Assembly (NCBI RefSeq): GCF_018350175.1
Contig: NC_058368.1
Span: 13,454,001 to 13,516,000, forward strand
Reading direction: 5' to 3'
Length of the DNA stretch: 62,000 nt
From: Felis catus
Lineage: Eukaryota
Both the position numbers and the translations under genes were made by a program. The notes under the pieces are model-generated. The model did no database searches. It had not been told where the DNA came from and saw only the letters and a list, made by a program, of their open reading frames with translations. Positions 25,060 through 38,289 of the stretch are shown piece by piece; positions within the stretch are counted from its first letter, which is position 1, and each line of letters starts with the position of its first letter.

Positions 25060-26475
25060 GCTCAAAGATCTAAATCCAAGAGCTCAGACCATACAACTCT
25101 TAAGAAGAAAATGGGGGTGGGGCGCCTGGGTGGCTCAGTCATTAAGCATCCAACTTCAGCTCAGGTCACGATCTTGCCCTCTGTGAGTTCGGGTCCCACG
25201 TCGGGCTCTGTGCTGACAGCTCAGAGCCTGGAGCCTGTTTCGGATTCTGTGTCTCCCTCTCTCTCTGCCCTCCCCCGTTCGCGCTCTGTATCTCTGTCTC
25301 TGAAAAATGAATAAACCTTAAAAAAAATTTTAAATAAAAAAAAATAGGGGAAAAGCTGCTTAATGGCATTGGATTTGATAATGATTTCTTCTCCATGACA
25401 CCAAAAACATAAGCAGCAAAAGAAAAAAATAGATAAACTGGATTATATAAAAATTTAAAATGGAGACCATCAACACAGTGAAAAAGGCAATCCCAAAGAA
25501 TATTTTCAGGTCATACATCTAATAAAGGGTTAGTATCTAGAATATATAAAGAATTCTTACAACTCAACAACAACAACAACAAACCCAGACAGATTAAAAT
25601 GGACAAAGGAGTTGAATAGACATTTCTCCACAAATGGCCAATAAATACATGAAAAGATGCTCTACATAATTCATCGCTAGAGAAATGAATATCAAAACCA
25701 CAATGAGATACCACTTTTCACCCATTAGGATGGCTATTACCAAGCAAAAACAAAAACCAGAAAAAAAGTATTGGTAAGGATATAGAGAAATCAGAATCTT
25801 TGTGCTTTCCTGGTGGGAATGTAAAATGGTGCAGCTTCTATGGGAACCAGTATGGCAGCTCCTCAAAAAGTTAAAAATAGAATTACTCTGATTCAGTAAT
25901 TCCACTTCTAAGCATATATCCAAAGGAATTGAAAGCAGGGACTTGGACAGATATTCGTATACCAGTGTTCATAGTAGGATAATTCCCAATAGCCGAAAGG
26001 TAGAGCAACCCATGTGTCCATTAGTAGATGAATGGATAATAAAGACAGTGTGGTATACAGATACCATGGAAGATTATTAAGCCATAAAGAGGAAGAAAAT
26101 TCTGACACATGCTACCAAACGGATGAACGTTGAAGACATTATGACAAGTAAAATAAGCCAGTCATGAAAGGACAAATACTGTATGATTCCACTCCTATGA
26201 ATTTCCTAGAGTAGTCAAATTGATAGAGACTGAAAGTAGAATGGTGATTTCCAGATGCAAGGGGCAAGAGAAACCCAGTTAGCATGTATAATGGGTATAA
26301 AGTTTCACTTTTAGAAGATGAAAGAAGTTTTGGAGATGCATGGTGGTAATGGTTGTACAACATTGTGAATGGACCCAACACCACTGAACTGTATGACTCA
26401 GAATGGTTAAAATGGTAAATTGCATGTTATGTATATTTTACCACAATTTCCTAAACAAAAAACAAATTAAAAAGG
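25060..26475 (+). mobile_element. L1MB-type LINE, end of ORF2 plus 3' UTR
   Basis: AAAACCACAATGAGATACCAC, GGTGGGAATGTAAAATGGTGCAGC, ends GTATATTTTACCACAAT plus A tail. Confidence 0.92.
25119..25341 (+). mobile_element. Felid SINE inserted in L1MB
   Basis: Full length; AAAAT(G/A)GGGG duplication. Confidence 0.95.
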
Positions 26476-26719
26476 ATAATGGCACATATTGTGAATTATT
26501 TAAAAAGCACTTTATTCTTAGTTACATATATAATTTAGGAGTAAGGGCTTCAAGAATCTGAATTATTCAGCAAATCTGTATGCAGAGACCTAGTCTTTTG
26601 GGAGATGAATAATCTGCTAGGCAATTTTATTCCCATTAAGAAAAAAAGGTTAAATAAGTTGATTGTGGTTATAGTTTGGAGTATTTTACTCAGGTCCAAA
26701 CTCTTTAACTGCTGTCCTT

Positions 26720-27765
26720 GTCCATGATGGTTCCCCCTGGGTCTTTTACTACTATGACCAGCAGCATGCATGCCATATATACTATGAGTCTACACCCCCT
26801 CTATGGCTGATTGGAACAACAATAGTCACCTGACCCAGCTTGGGGGTGTGCTTTGCCAGGGAATGTGGAATTAGGAGACAGAGAGCATGTAATAGGTACC
26901 CTCTTAAAAGACCCCCAGTGATCTCTATATACTGGAATGTATGCTCTCTTGAGTGTGGACTGAACCTAGTGTCTCACTTCTAACAAGTAGAATAAGAAAA
27001 GGTGATGGTATGTCAACTCTGAGATTGGGTTATAAAAAGACAGCAACTTCCATCTTGCTCTCCCTTTCATGCTCAGTCTGCTAGAAACCAGCTGCCATAT
27101 TGTGAGTTGCCCTATGGAAAGGCCCATGTTGCAAGGAATTATGAGAAGTCAATAGCCAGTGTGCTCAACAACCTCCAAGGAACTGAATCTTGCCAACAGC
27201 CATATGAGTGAATTTAGGAGCAAATCCTCCTTCAGTGAAACCTTTCAATAAAACTGCAGCTCTAGTCAGCATTTCAATTGCAGCCTTGTGTGAGATTTTG
27301 AGGAAGAGGCACCCAGCTAAGCCACACCTTATTTCCTGCCGGCACAAAAACTGTAAGATAATAAATGTTTGTTGCTTTAAGTTACTAAGCCTTAGGGTAA
27401 TGTGTTATACAGCAATAGATAACTAATACAAAGGGACAGATGTCATGACCTTTGGGGAAGCAAAACTTAAAACATATAAATATGGCATTTGAGGGTGGCA
27501 ACATGATGCCATGTAAATAAAGGAGCAGAGAAATGTCTCTTAAGAGAAAAACAATTAAGGATAGACGCAAAGAGAAGCAGAGACCAGAATCTGAGTGAGT
27601 ATACGTCTAGGTTCCCAGGGGCTTCCTAGTTCCCCATACTTCCTGAGGCCTGGCTGCATTCCTGTCTTTATGTTCTATGAGGTCCCTGGCTCTGCACAAT
27701 AAATCGTCCATTTTTACTTTACCTCAGTTGATTTTTATAACTTGCAATCAGGATGGATCCTAAAA
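26720..27765 (+). mobile_element. Old MaLR LTR (MLT1K/L-like), split by an MLT1E/F LTR
   Basis: GTCACCTGACCCAG on the left; CCTGAGGCCTGGCTGCA..AATAAAT..ACTTGCAATC on the right. Confidence 0.6.
26888..27430 (+). mobile_element. MaLR LTR (MLT1E/F-like)
   Basis: TG start; GAACTGAATCTTGCCAACAGCC; ends ATACAGCAATAGATAACTAATACA. Confidence 0.85.
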
Positions 27766-29299
27766 TCTTAGGATGTATCAAATTGTATAGTTGGATAGGA
27801 CCTATCAAGTCTCACCCAAGGCTGATTATTTAAGGTCTCCAGATACTTGACACTGAGTTTGACCATTTAGAGCTCTTGGCCTGAGAGGCACCTGGATATG
27901 CTAAGCCACTTGACTTTGGGTCAAAAGAAATTGAGCCAACTTCAAGAGTAACTAGCTGTCAACCTACTGCTCTAATCAATGATCAACCATGGCAACATCC
28001 ATCCGGTATTAGTTGGTTTGGATAATATTTGTACGGAACTTAGAGATCCCAGCTGAAAGCTGTTTGAAATAGACAATGTTGCTGTTGATACAGAACAAAT
28101 TGTTGTCCTTTCTTGCAAAGAACACAGTGATATTTTTGGAGCTCCCTTATTATGTTATATGATGCAAATACATATCCAGAGGAAGCATATTTTAATTCTT
28201 AGAAACAGAGTAACTACATAAAATGTACTATCCTTCTTTCTTAATCCAGTTAAATCTCTTTGTTGTTTTCTGTTTTAAAGTCATATCACTGTCTAATCAC
28301 TCACTATCTTAACAAAATTCAAAGCAGTTTGTGTATTACAAGCTTGGCAATAAAATAGGGACTTAAAAGCAATAAACATCTTTGAAACAATTCATCAAGC
28401 CCTAAAAAGGTGCCAGAATGAGTTTTGGAATGATAAGTTTGAATTTAAAAATCAAAATTTGTTCTCAGGCTGGGACTTAAAATGTCACCAATACATTTTT
28501 ATAGCCAAGATTTAAACCTTGAAAAACAGCCTAGACCTCCAAGCAAATACAGATGAACTGCAGTTGTTCTGACACACCAACAGAACCCCGTTTTGGATCC
28601 ATGAACGTGTGTACCCCACATGTGTGAATTATCTGAATTTCTGCCTTGTGTCTTCTGTCCTCATGTTTACCATTCATTCTTACATTGAGAGATGTGGGTC
28701 TGGCATGATATAAACACCATGCTGGTGTGCCAGGAGTCTGTAGCCCCACTCCAGCTGACTACAAAAACAAGAGACACATGACCTAAAGGCATTCAAACTC
28801 ATTTTTTAAAAAAACATTCAACAGTATATTAACTGTTATTATCCTTAGGCCAAACAAAGCATCCTCAAAACAAGGCCTCAGGCATACAGCTGTCAACCAC
28901 AGACAGAACTTTTCTTTCCTCCCAACTCAACCTTAAACTATACTGGTCTGGTATCCTGTCCCTCCAGGACCCATCTGCCATGTACACCTAGGTGTGTGTC
29001 ACATCCATCCATAGACAAGTTCTTCCTACCTTCCCAGATGATCCTATTTGCATAGTCAGGGCTACTGGGCCCTGGATGCCAGGATCTTGACTGCAATTGT
29101 CAATGGGGTTTCCCATTTTCAGGTAACTCTTTTGAATAATAGCATAAAGGCTTTTTTTTCAGTTCTAACATTTATGGTGCCAATAAAATTGAGAATATCT
29201 GGTGAGAATATTCAATAAACTCTATGCAGTTTACCAGTTTGTTCACTTTGGAAAGATATGTGCCTGTGCATGTATTCATCGCATGAATGTCTGTCTCCT

Positions 29300-29645
29300 C
29301 AACGACACCTGTGGCCTCTCCTTGGGCTTCTGCCTTCTCTCCTCCAGATACCCAGCTCACTCCTTTCTCTTCTTTAGGGCTCTTCTCAAGTGTTGCCCTA
29401 TCACAGAGGTTTTCCTTGACTGCCTGTATAAATAGCATTCCTGTCCTTCTTTCACACGCACTCTCTCTCCCTTGTCCTGCTCTATTGTCCTTCATGACAC
29501 TTAACCACCCTCTGACATGCTCTTGTCTGTCTTCCTACAATGGAATCCAAGTGCCCAGAGCATAGAAACAGCTGTGCGACCGAAGCCTAGAACAGAACCT
29601 GGTCTTCAGTCAGTTCTCAATAAATATGTACTGCATGAATAAATA
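29300..29645 (+). mobile_element. L2 LINE 3' end
   Basis: GCCTAGAACAGAACCTGG..CTCAATAAATATG..ATGAATAAAT. Confidence 0.8.
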
Positions 29646-29877
29646 TGTATGTTACATATAGATACCAAAAAATAAATCCAACATTTCAATTAAATGTGGT
29701 TATAAGGACTGATGAAGCTTGGTCAGCACTAGAACCATTTTATTTTGCTCTTCGGGATCTGTCTTTTTGTATCACTAGAACGTCTTTCCTGCATTCTTTT
29801 CCCTGTTATACTGATCTGTATCAAATTGCTCCCTTGTATATCTGAAATACTGCTTTGCAGAAAAATCTTACTCCCTC

Positions 29878-32800
29878 TGTGGCAGCTTCTCAAAGTGGTC
29901 ATTATAGGTCAAGTTTTGATCAACTCTATACCTCTAATTATCTCCATCACTAATGGCCTCTATACAACTCTCTGCAGTCTGAGAACAAGAAATTTCCTCC
30001 CTTCTCAAAAGTGCAGTCAGCAAAAGTAGCAGCAGAAATGATCTAAAGTGGCTGGCTTTCTTCTATGCTCTCTTTTCTTGTGTATGGTTTGGGCATCACC
30101 CCAGACCCACACACTTGCCTTGGTGTTGCTTAGAGTCATGGAGCTTGGTTGCTGCTGCTCCTTCTTCTGTAGACCCAGGGCTCTGAGTCACATCCCTGGT
30201 GTTGTGTGGGTGTCTCACCTTACAAATTCTCTAATGCTCCCCTGTTGCTGCAAAGTGCAAACAGATGTGCATCCAAAAAGTAAAGGATATAAGGGCATCA
30301 ACATACTACAGATGCAAGTTAAGATTAATAGGAGTTGGAAGCCAGTGGAATAATCCTTCTCTCTTTCTCCCCTTGGAATGATTGTTGGCAGATATAGTGG
30401 CATTGTGTGTACTTTCCAGAGCTTCCTATGGCACTGAGAAATCAATTCATCATAGAGTGCAGGCATCTCTTTTTTTATAAATTAAAAAAATTTTTTTCAA
30501 TATATGAAATTTATTGTCAAATTGGTTTCCATACAACACCCAGTGCTCATCCCAAAAGGTGCCCTCCTCAATACCCATCACCCACCCTCTCCTCCCTCCC
30601 ACCCCCATCAACCCTCAGTTTGTTCTCAGTTTTTAAGAGTCTCTTATGCTTTGGCTCTCTCCCACTCTAACCTCTTTTTTTTTTCCTTCCCCTCCCCCAT
30701 GGGTTTCTGTTAAGTTTCTCAGAATCCACATAAGAGTGAAAACATATGGTATCTGTCTTTCTCTGTATGGCTTATTTCACTTAGCATAACACTCTCCAGT
30801 TCCATCCACGTTGCTACAAAGGGCCATATTTCGTTCTTTCTCATTGCCACGTAGTACTCCATTGTGTATATAAACCACATTTTCTTTATCCATTCGTCAG
30901 TTGATGGACATTTAGGCTCTTTCCATAATTTGGCTATTGTTGAGAGTGCTGCTATGAACATTGGGGTACAAGTGCCCCTATGCATCAGTACTCCTGTATC
31001 CCTTGGGTAAATTCCTAGCAGTGCTATTGCTGGGTCATAGGGTAGGTCTATTTTTAATTTTCTGAGGAACCTCCACACAGTTTTCCAGAGTGGCTGCACC
31101 AATTTGCATTCCCACCAACAGTGCAAGAGGGTTCCCGTTTCTCCACATCCTCTCCAGCATCTGTAGTCTCCTGATTTGTTCATTTTGGCCACTCTGACTG
31201 GTGTGAGGTGATACCTGAGTGTGGTTTTGATTTGTATTTCCCTGATGAGGAGCGACGTTGAGCATCTTTTCATGTGCCTGTTGGCCATCTGGATGTCTTC
31301 TTTAGAGAAGTGTCTATTCATGTTTTCTGCCCATTTCTTCACTGGGTTATTTGTTTTTCAGGTGTGGAGTTTGGTGAGCTCTTTATAGATTTTGGATACT
31401 AGCCCTTTGTCCAATATGTCATTTGCAAATATCTTTTCCCATTCCGTTGGTTGCCTTTTAGTTTTGTTGGTTGTTTCCTTTGCTGTGCAGAAGCTTTTTA
31501 TATTCATGAGGTCCCAATAGTTCATTTTTGCTTTTAATTCCCTTCCCTTTGGAGATGTGTCAAGTAAGAGATTGCTGCGACTGAGGTCAGAGAGGTCTTT
31601 TCCTGCTTTCTCCTCTAGGGTTTTGATGGTTTCCTGTCTCACATTCAGGTCCTTTATCCATTTTGAGTTTATTTTTGTGAATGGTGTGAGAAAGTGGTCT
31701 AGTTTCAACCTTCTGCATGTTGCTGTCCAGTTCTCCCAGCACCATTTGTTAAAGAGACTGTCTTTTTTCCATTGGATATTCTTTCCTGCTTTGGCAAAGA
31801 TTAGTTGACCATATGTTTGTGGGTCTAGTTCTGGGGTTTCTTTCTATTCCATTGGTCTATGTGTCTCTTTTTGTGCCAATACCATGCTGTCTTGATGATG
31901 ACAGCTCTGTAGTAGAGGCTAAAGTCTGGGATTGTGATGCCTCCTGCTTTGGTCTTCTTCTTCAAAATTACTTTGGCTATTTAGGGTCTTTTGCGGTTCC
32001 ATATGAATTTTAGGATTGCTTGTTCTAGTTTCGAGAAGAATGCTGGTGCAATTTTGATTGGGATTGCATTGAATGTGTAGATAGCTTTGGGTAGTATTGA
32101 CCTTTTGACAATATTTATTCTTCCAATCCATGAGCAGGGAATGTCTTTCCATTTCTTTGTATCTTCTTCAATTTCCTTCATAAGCTTTCTATAGTTTTCA
32201 GCATACAGATCTTTTACATCTTTGGTTAGATTTATCCCTAGGTATTTTATGCTTCTTGGTGCAATTGTGAATAGAATCACTTTCTTTATTTGTCTTTCTG
32301 TTGCTTCATTGTTAGTGTATAAGAATGCAACTGATTTCTGTACATTGATTTTGTATCCTGCAACTTTGCTGAATTCATGTATCAGTTCTAGCAGACCTTT
32401 GGTGGAGTCTATCAGATTTTCCATGTATAATATCATGTCATCTGCAAAAAGTGAAAGCTTGACTTCATCTTTGCCAATTTTGATGCCTTTGATTTCCTTT
32501 TGTTGTCTGATTGCTGATGCTAGAACTTCCAACACTATGTTAAACAACAGCGGTGAGAGTGGGCATCCCTGTCATGTTCCTGATCTCAGGGAAAAAGCTC
32601 TCAGTTTTTCCCCGTTGAGGATGATGTTAGCTGTGGGCTTTTCATAAATGGCTTTTATGATCTTTAAGTATGTTCCTTCTATCCCGACTTTCTCGAGGGT
32701 TTTTATTAAGAAAGGGTGCTGAATTTTGTCAAATGCCTTTTCTGCATCGATTGACAGGATCATATGGTTCTTATCTTTTGTTTTATTAATGTGATGTATC

Positions 32801-34435
32801 ATGTTGATTGATTTGTGAATGTTGAACCAGCCCTGCATCCCAGGAATGAATCCCACTTGATCATGGTGAATAATTCTTTTTATATGCTGTTGAATTCGGT
32901 TTGCTAGTATCTTATTGAGAATTTTTGCATCCATATTCATCAGGGATATTGGCCTGTAGTTCTCTTTTTTTACTGGGTCTCTGTCTGGTTTAGGAATCAA
33001 AGTAATGCTGGCTTCATAGAATGAGTCTGGAAGTTGTCCTTCCCTTTCTATTTTTTGGAATAGCTTGAGAAGGATAGGTATTATCTCTGCTTTAAACGTC
33101 TGGTAGAACTCCCCTGGGAAGCCATCTGGTCCTGGACTCTTATTTGTTGGGAGATTTTTGATAACCGATTCAATTTCTTCGCTGGTTATGGGTCTGTTCA
33201 AGCTTTCTATTTCCTCCTGATTGAGTTTTGGAAGTGTGTGGGTGTTTAGGAATTTGTCCATTTCTTCCAGGTTGTCCAGTTTGTTGGCATATAATTTTTC
33301 ATAGTATTCCCTAATAATTGCTTGTATCTCTGAGGGATTGGTTGTAATAATTCCATTTTCATTCATGATTTTATCTATTTGGGTCATCTCCCTTTTCTTT
33401 TTGAGAAGCCTGGCTAGAGGTTTATCAATTTTGTTTATTTTTTCAAAAAACCAACTCTTGGTTTCGTTGATCTGCTCTACAGTTTTTTTAGATTCTATAT
33501 TGTTTATTTCTGCTCTGATCTTTATTATTTCTCTTCTTCTGCTGGGTTTAGGCTGTCTTTGCTGTTCTGCTTCTATTTCCTTTAGGTGTGCTGTTAGATT
33601 TTGTATTTGGGATTTTTCTTGTTTCTTGAGATAGGCCTGGATTGCAATGTATTTTCCTCTCAGGACTGCCTTCGCTGCATCCCAAAGCGTTTGGATTGTT
33701 GTATTTTAATTTTCGTTTGTTTCCATATATTTTTTAATTTCTTCTCTAATTGCCTGGTTGACCCACTCATTCGTTAGTAGGGTGTTCTTTAACCTCCATG
33801 CTTTTGGAGGTTTTCCTGACTTTTCCCTGTGGTTGATTTCAAGCTTCATAGCATTGTGGTCTGAAAGTATGCATGGTATGATTTCAATACTTGTATACTT
33901 ATGAAGGGCTGTTTTTTGACCCAGTATGTGATCTATCTTGGAGAATGTTCCATGTGCACTCAAGAAGAAAGTATATTCTGTTGCTTTGGGATGCAGAGTT
34001 CTAAATATATCTGTCAAGTCCATCTGATCCAATGTATCATTCAGGGCCCTTGTTTCTTTATTGACCGTGTGTCTAGATGATCTATCCATTTCTGTAAGTG
34101 GAGTGTTAAAGTCCCCTGCAATTACCACATTCTTATCAATAAGGTTGCTTATGTTTATGAGTAATTGTTTTATATATTTGGGGGCTCCCATATTCGCTGC
34201 ATAGACATTTATAATTGTTAGCTCTTCCTGATGGATAGACCCTGTAATTATTACATAATGCCCTTCTTCATCTCTTGTTATAGGAGTGCAGGCATCTCTG
34301 AAACACACTCCCTTGTATTTGCTCACCCTCCTTCCTAGCCTCACTCCATTTCTTTCTCACTCCTGTTTTCTTGGGATTCACTCCTCAATAAAGTATCATC
34401 ATATAAGTTTTGTTTTAAGCTCTGTTTTCTAGAAG
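29878..34435 (+). mobile_element. ERVL LTR (LTR16-like) split by the L1 insertion (parts 29878-30470 and 34284-34435)
   Basis: TGTGGC start; ACACTCCCTTGTATTTGC..CTCAATAAA..GCTCTGTTTTCTAG 3' part resumes after the L1 TSD. Confidence 0.6.
30471..34283 (-). mobile_element. Feline L1 LINE, 5'-truncated inside the endonuclease domain, ORF2 inactivated
   Basis: ORF2 pieces: EN (GDFNTPL, SDHNAMKLEI), RT (YRPISL, FADD), Cys-rich C-terminus (HCWWECK); 3' UTR and A-rich tail; perfect TSD GAGTGCAGGCATCTCT at 30455-30470 and 34284-34299; 4 nonsense codons and one 1-bp deletion. Confidence 0.98.
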
Positions 34436-34530
34436 GGATCAAAAGTTTACTTTATGGGGTCAAGAGTCTAGAAATGATCTCAATCATAAACTTCTGCCGT
34501 CTGAGTGCTTATATTTGGTTATGTGTTCCA
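34431..34530 (+). repeat. Dispersed direct repeat, copy A (~100 bp)
   Basis: About 85% identical (14 mismatches in 96 bp, hand alignment) to 35217-35315. Confidence 0.9.
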
Positions 34531-35216
34531 ATATAGCTTTTAAAGGACATAAGATAACTTTTAGGCTGAGAGCTACAAAAAAAGTAAAACAAACAAAAGC
34601 AAAGACAAAACAATAATCAAAACTGTTCTATTGTCTGGAAGTTACTATCACTGTTCTCTCCCATGTCATAGAATAAGAAATCTTCCCTATGTAGAGTTGC
34701 TTGATTTTGCTGTTTAATTATTTGCTCTCCAAAGATGTGTGGGTTTTTAAAATACTTTAAAATATACAATGGTTATTCATACACATCATCTAATTTCCTC
34801 CTGGGTTAGGAGGACATGTGCTGTTGACCATGTTACATTAAAGAGTAAATTCAGCTCCTCCCATACCACACAAGAATCCTTTGGCAATAAAGCACCCCTA
34901 AGCTAAGAATGAAAGGGTAGCAATGATGGTTTCTGCAATGTGGGTAGAGAAGGCAGGTGAGATCTGTGGGCTCTTGAAGTATGATGGGTGCCTCAGATCA
35001 GACCACATTGGTAATTAAGATTTTAGCTTAATTGTATTTCTCCCTCTAGTGAAAAGTTAATCCACATTATTTGTTGGTTCTCTATAATTAAGGCATTCAG
35101 ATTTGTTTTTCAAATTATAGATGCTTTATGATTTGGGAAAAATAAAGAGGTTTCTTAAAAATCAACTTAGAAATGTTAACATAAACAATATATAGAGAGC
35201 TTAGCACCACAAAATG

Positions 35217-35315
35217 AGAAGGGATAAAAAATTTACTTAAGGAGGTCAAGAGTCTAGAAATAATCTCAGTCATGAACTTCCACAATCTGAGTGCTTATAT
35301 TTAGTTATGAGTCCA
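35217..35315 (+). repeat. Dispersed direct repeat, copy B
   Basis: Shares GGTCAAGAGTCTAGAAAT and TCTGAGTGCTTATATTT with copy A; offset 786 bp. Confidence 0.9.
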
Positions 35316-35333
35316 TTAAAGGTAGTTCAGGGC

Positions 35334-35563
35334 AGGGCACCTGGGTGGCTCAGTCAGTTAAGCAACCGACTTCAGCTCAGGTCGTGATCTCAGGGCTTGT
35401 GAGTTTGAGCCCCGCGTCGGGCTCTGTGCTGATAGCTCAGAGCCTGGAGCCTGCTTCAGATTCTGTGTCTCCTCTCTCTATCTGCCCCTCCTCCACTCAT
35501 GCTCTCTCTCTGTCTCAAAAATCAATAAAGATCACAAAAAAAGTTTTAAAAATAAAAATGTTA
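35334..35563 (+). mobile_element. Older felid SINE
   Basis: Full length; outer TSD TAGTTCAGGG(G)CA completed only after the second SINE. Confidence 0.95.
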
Positions 35564-35797
35564 TGGGCGCCTGGGTGGCGCAGTCGGTTAAGCGTCCGAC
35601 ATCAGCCAGGTCACGATCTCGCGGTCCGTGAGTTCGAGCCCCGCGTCGGGCTCTGGGCTGATGGCTCAGAGCCTGGAGCCTGCTTCCGATTCTGTGTCTC
35701 CCTCTCTCTCTGCCCCTCCCCCGTTCATGCTCTGTCTCTCTCTGTCCCAAAAATAAATTAAAAAAGTTGAAAAAAAATAAAAATAAAAAAATAAAAT
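35564..35797 (+). mobile_element. Young felid SINE nested in the tail of the previous SINE
   Basis: TSD AAAATAAAAATGTTA on both sides; CpG-rich. Confidence 0.97.
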
Positions 35798-36641
35798 AAA
35801 ATAAAAATGTTAGTTCAGGGGCAACTAACCCACTCCTTTGAAGACTGGCATCTCTAAGTCAGTCATTTGGAAGTCGGAACATATTTCCCATGGGAACAAT
35901 ATTCTACATGGTGATTAAATCTCAATGCTTATTTAACCCATAATGCAGATGAATACTACTTCTAGGCCCATTTGGGTGAAAGGAGGAAGAACAAAGTGAG
36001 AAAATGAACTTCCCCTGGTTTCCCCAGCTTAGGGCCATCCTGCAGCAACTTTTGAAAAAGAACATATTTGACTTTGGCTTCATCTCACTTTTCTTCAGCT
36101 CTTTCTTCCCTTTCAGCATCCCCCCAAGACCTCATCAGCATGGAGCCCACATATCACTCCAGGCCACGCCCCCCACCTTTCCATCAAGGCCAGTGCCCCC
36201 CAGGGTCTATCTGTGATCCACAGGATGGACACCTGCTCCACGCTGCTATTCTCAGATGATTGGGATGAACACCATCTACCCGACTAATTGACATGAATGT
36301 GGGACTGGCCAGTCATTGGCCAATCATCAATACCTTTCCTTAAGTGTAGACCTGCTTAAATAGATTAGTTTCATATAAATGGTCATTAATATAAGAGAAT
36401 TTGTGCACATATCAGGTCACCTAAGGGAATCGTGTGGGGCCTGATACACCTGTGGTGATCGGTTCCTCTAGACCAAGCCCTCTCATGGATACTCATCATT
36501 CCGACGATGTAGGGATTTCAGAACACCAAAGGCTTTCTCCAGGTCCTTATTCTGCATCAAATGGTGGCTGTTTCATATAGACTAATTTTCCAGGACTCTG
36601 TCCCTCTGTGTCAACTCCCCAGAGATGATCCTACTTTCATG

Positions 36642-37600
36642 TTTTTTAAAATAACATTTTCTATTTTTAAGAGCAATTTTAGTTTTATAATAAAATTGAG
36701 AGGAAGGTACAGAGATTGCTCAAATATTCCCTGACCCCACACATGTATAGCTTCTCCCATTACCAACATCACTCTCCAGAATTATACATTTTTACCAAGG
36801 ATGAACCTACATTGACACATCATAATCACACAAAGTCCATAGTTTACATCAGAGCTCACTTTTGGTGTACATTCTATGGGTTTGGACAAATGTATAATGA
36901 CATGTATCTACCATTATGGTATAATACAGAATATTTTCACTGCCCTAAAAATCCTGTGTTCGGCCTATTTATCCCCCTCTCCCTCACCCCTGGCAACCAT
37001 TGATCTTTTTATTATCTCTGTAGTTTTGCCTATTCCAGAATTTCATATAATTGGAGGCACAGTATGTAGTCCTTTCAGATTGACTTATTTTACTTAGCAA
37101 TATGCAGGTAAGTTTTCTTCATGTCTTTTCATACCTTAATAGCATTCACCACTGAATAACATTTTATTTGCAGAATGGCCTATAGTTTACAAATCCATTC
37201 ATTTACTGAAGGACATCTTGGTTGCTTCCAAGTTTTGGCAATTATGAATAAAGCTGCTACAAACATCTGTGTGCAGGTTTTTGTGTGAATGTAAGTTTTC
37301 AACTCCTTTTGGTAAATATCAAAGAGCAAGATTGCTGGATGGTATGGTAATAGTATGTTTAGTTTTGTAAGAAACTGCCAAGCTGTCTTCCAAGGTGGTG
37401 GTACAAGTGTTACTATTTTACATTCCTATCAGCAATGAATGAGGGTTCCTATTGGTCCACATCCTCACCAACATTTGGTGTTGTCAGTGTTCTAGATTTT
37501 GGTCATTCTAACAGGTGGGTAGTGGTACCTCATTGTTGTTTAAATTTCCCTGATGACACATGATGAATAGCATCTTCTCATATGTTTATTTGCTATGTGT
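36642..37600 (-). mobile_element. L1MC1-like LINE 3' end
   Basis: GATGAACCTACATTGACACATCATAATCAC, ACATTCTATGGGTTTGGACAAATG, GGACATCTTGGTTGCTTCCAAG. Confidence 0.9.
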
Positions 37601-38289
37601 TGCTTCTTTATTTCAGAAAGTATAGATGTCTTTAAAAAAAAACAAGTTTTGACGTGTTTGCCTGCTTCCTATTTGCCAGGGACTCCACTGGAAAAAAGAG
37701 GAGACAAACAGCAAATCTAGATGATGGTTGTCATCTGAGCATGGGAGTGACTGGCAAATTGGGGATTAATTATTAAGTATACAAAAGAAAATCTGGGCAT
37801 CTGAGAGTAATTTCTGTTTTAGATAAAAACATGAAAATTTTTATTTACAAAAATATTTAAATCATAAAAAATGCTTGACCTTTTGCATTGGATTCAAGGA
37901 CTAGTGGTCAGTCTTTCTCTAAATCAGCACAGTGACCTCAGGAACCAGTGAGGATAGGAACCTCCCAATCCCTGCCAGCCTCCACCCACCTCTATGATCT
38001 AGAACACTGCTTTGAAGATAAAATAAGTGAATTTTATTGAACTCCGATTTGCTAAAACTTCTACTTGTTCCTCTAAAAGCCATTAAACATATCCAAGGGT
38101 GGGAAGAAGCAGATGAAGATATCTAATGACACAGCCTTTTTTCTTTCAGCCTGGTAATGGGAAAGAAAAGAAACAGAACCAAGAACCATGCCTCCAGCTC
38201 ATCAGCTGTCTAACCTGGCAGTCTTTGGACCAAAAACAAATAAATCAAAAAAAAAAAAAAAACCAAATAAATCAAAACCCAGGAAGTTC

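Noticed and set aside
30719..34344. Long ORFs as host genes or an active L1
   Set aside because: They are broken pieces of one L1 ORF2; the N-terminus of ORF 33706-34344 is flank read-in; no ORF1 or 5' UTR
34431..35315. Direct repeat interpreted as C/D snoRNA copies or a CRISPR-like array
   Set aside because: No intact RUGAUGA C box or terminal stem; only two copies; eukaryotic DNA
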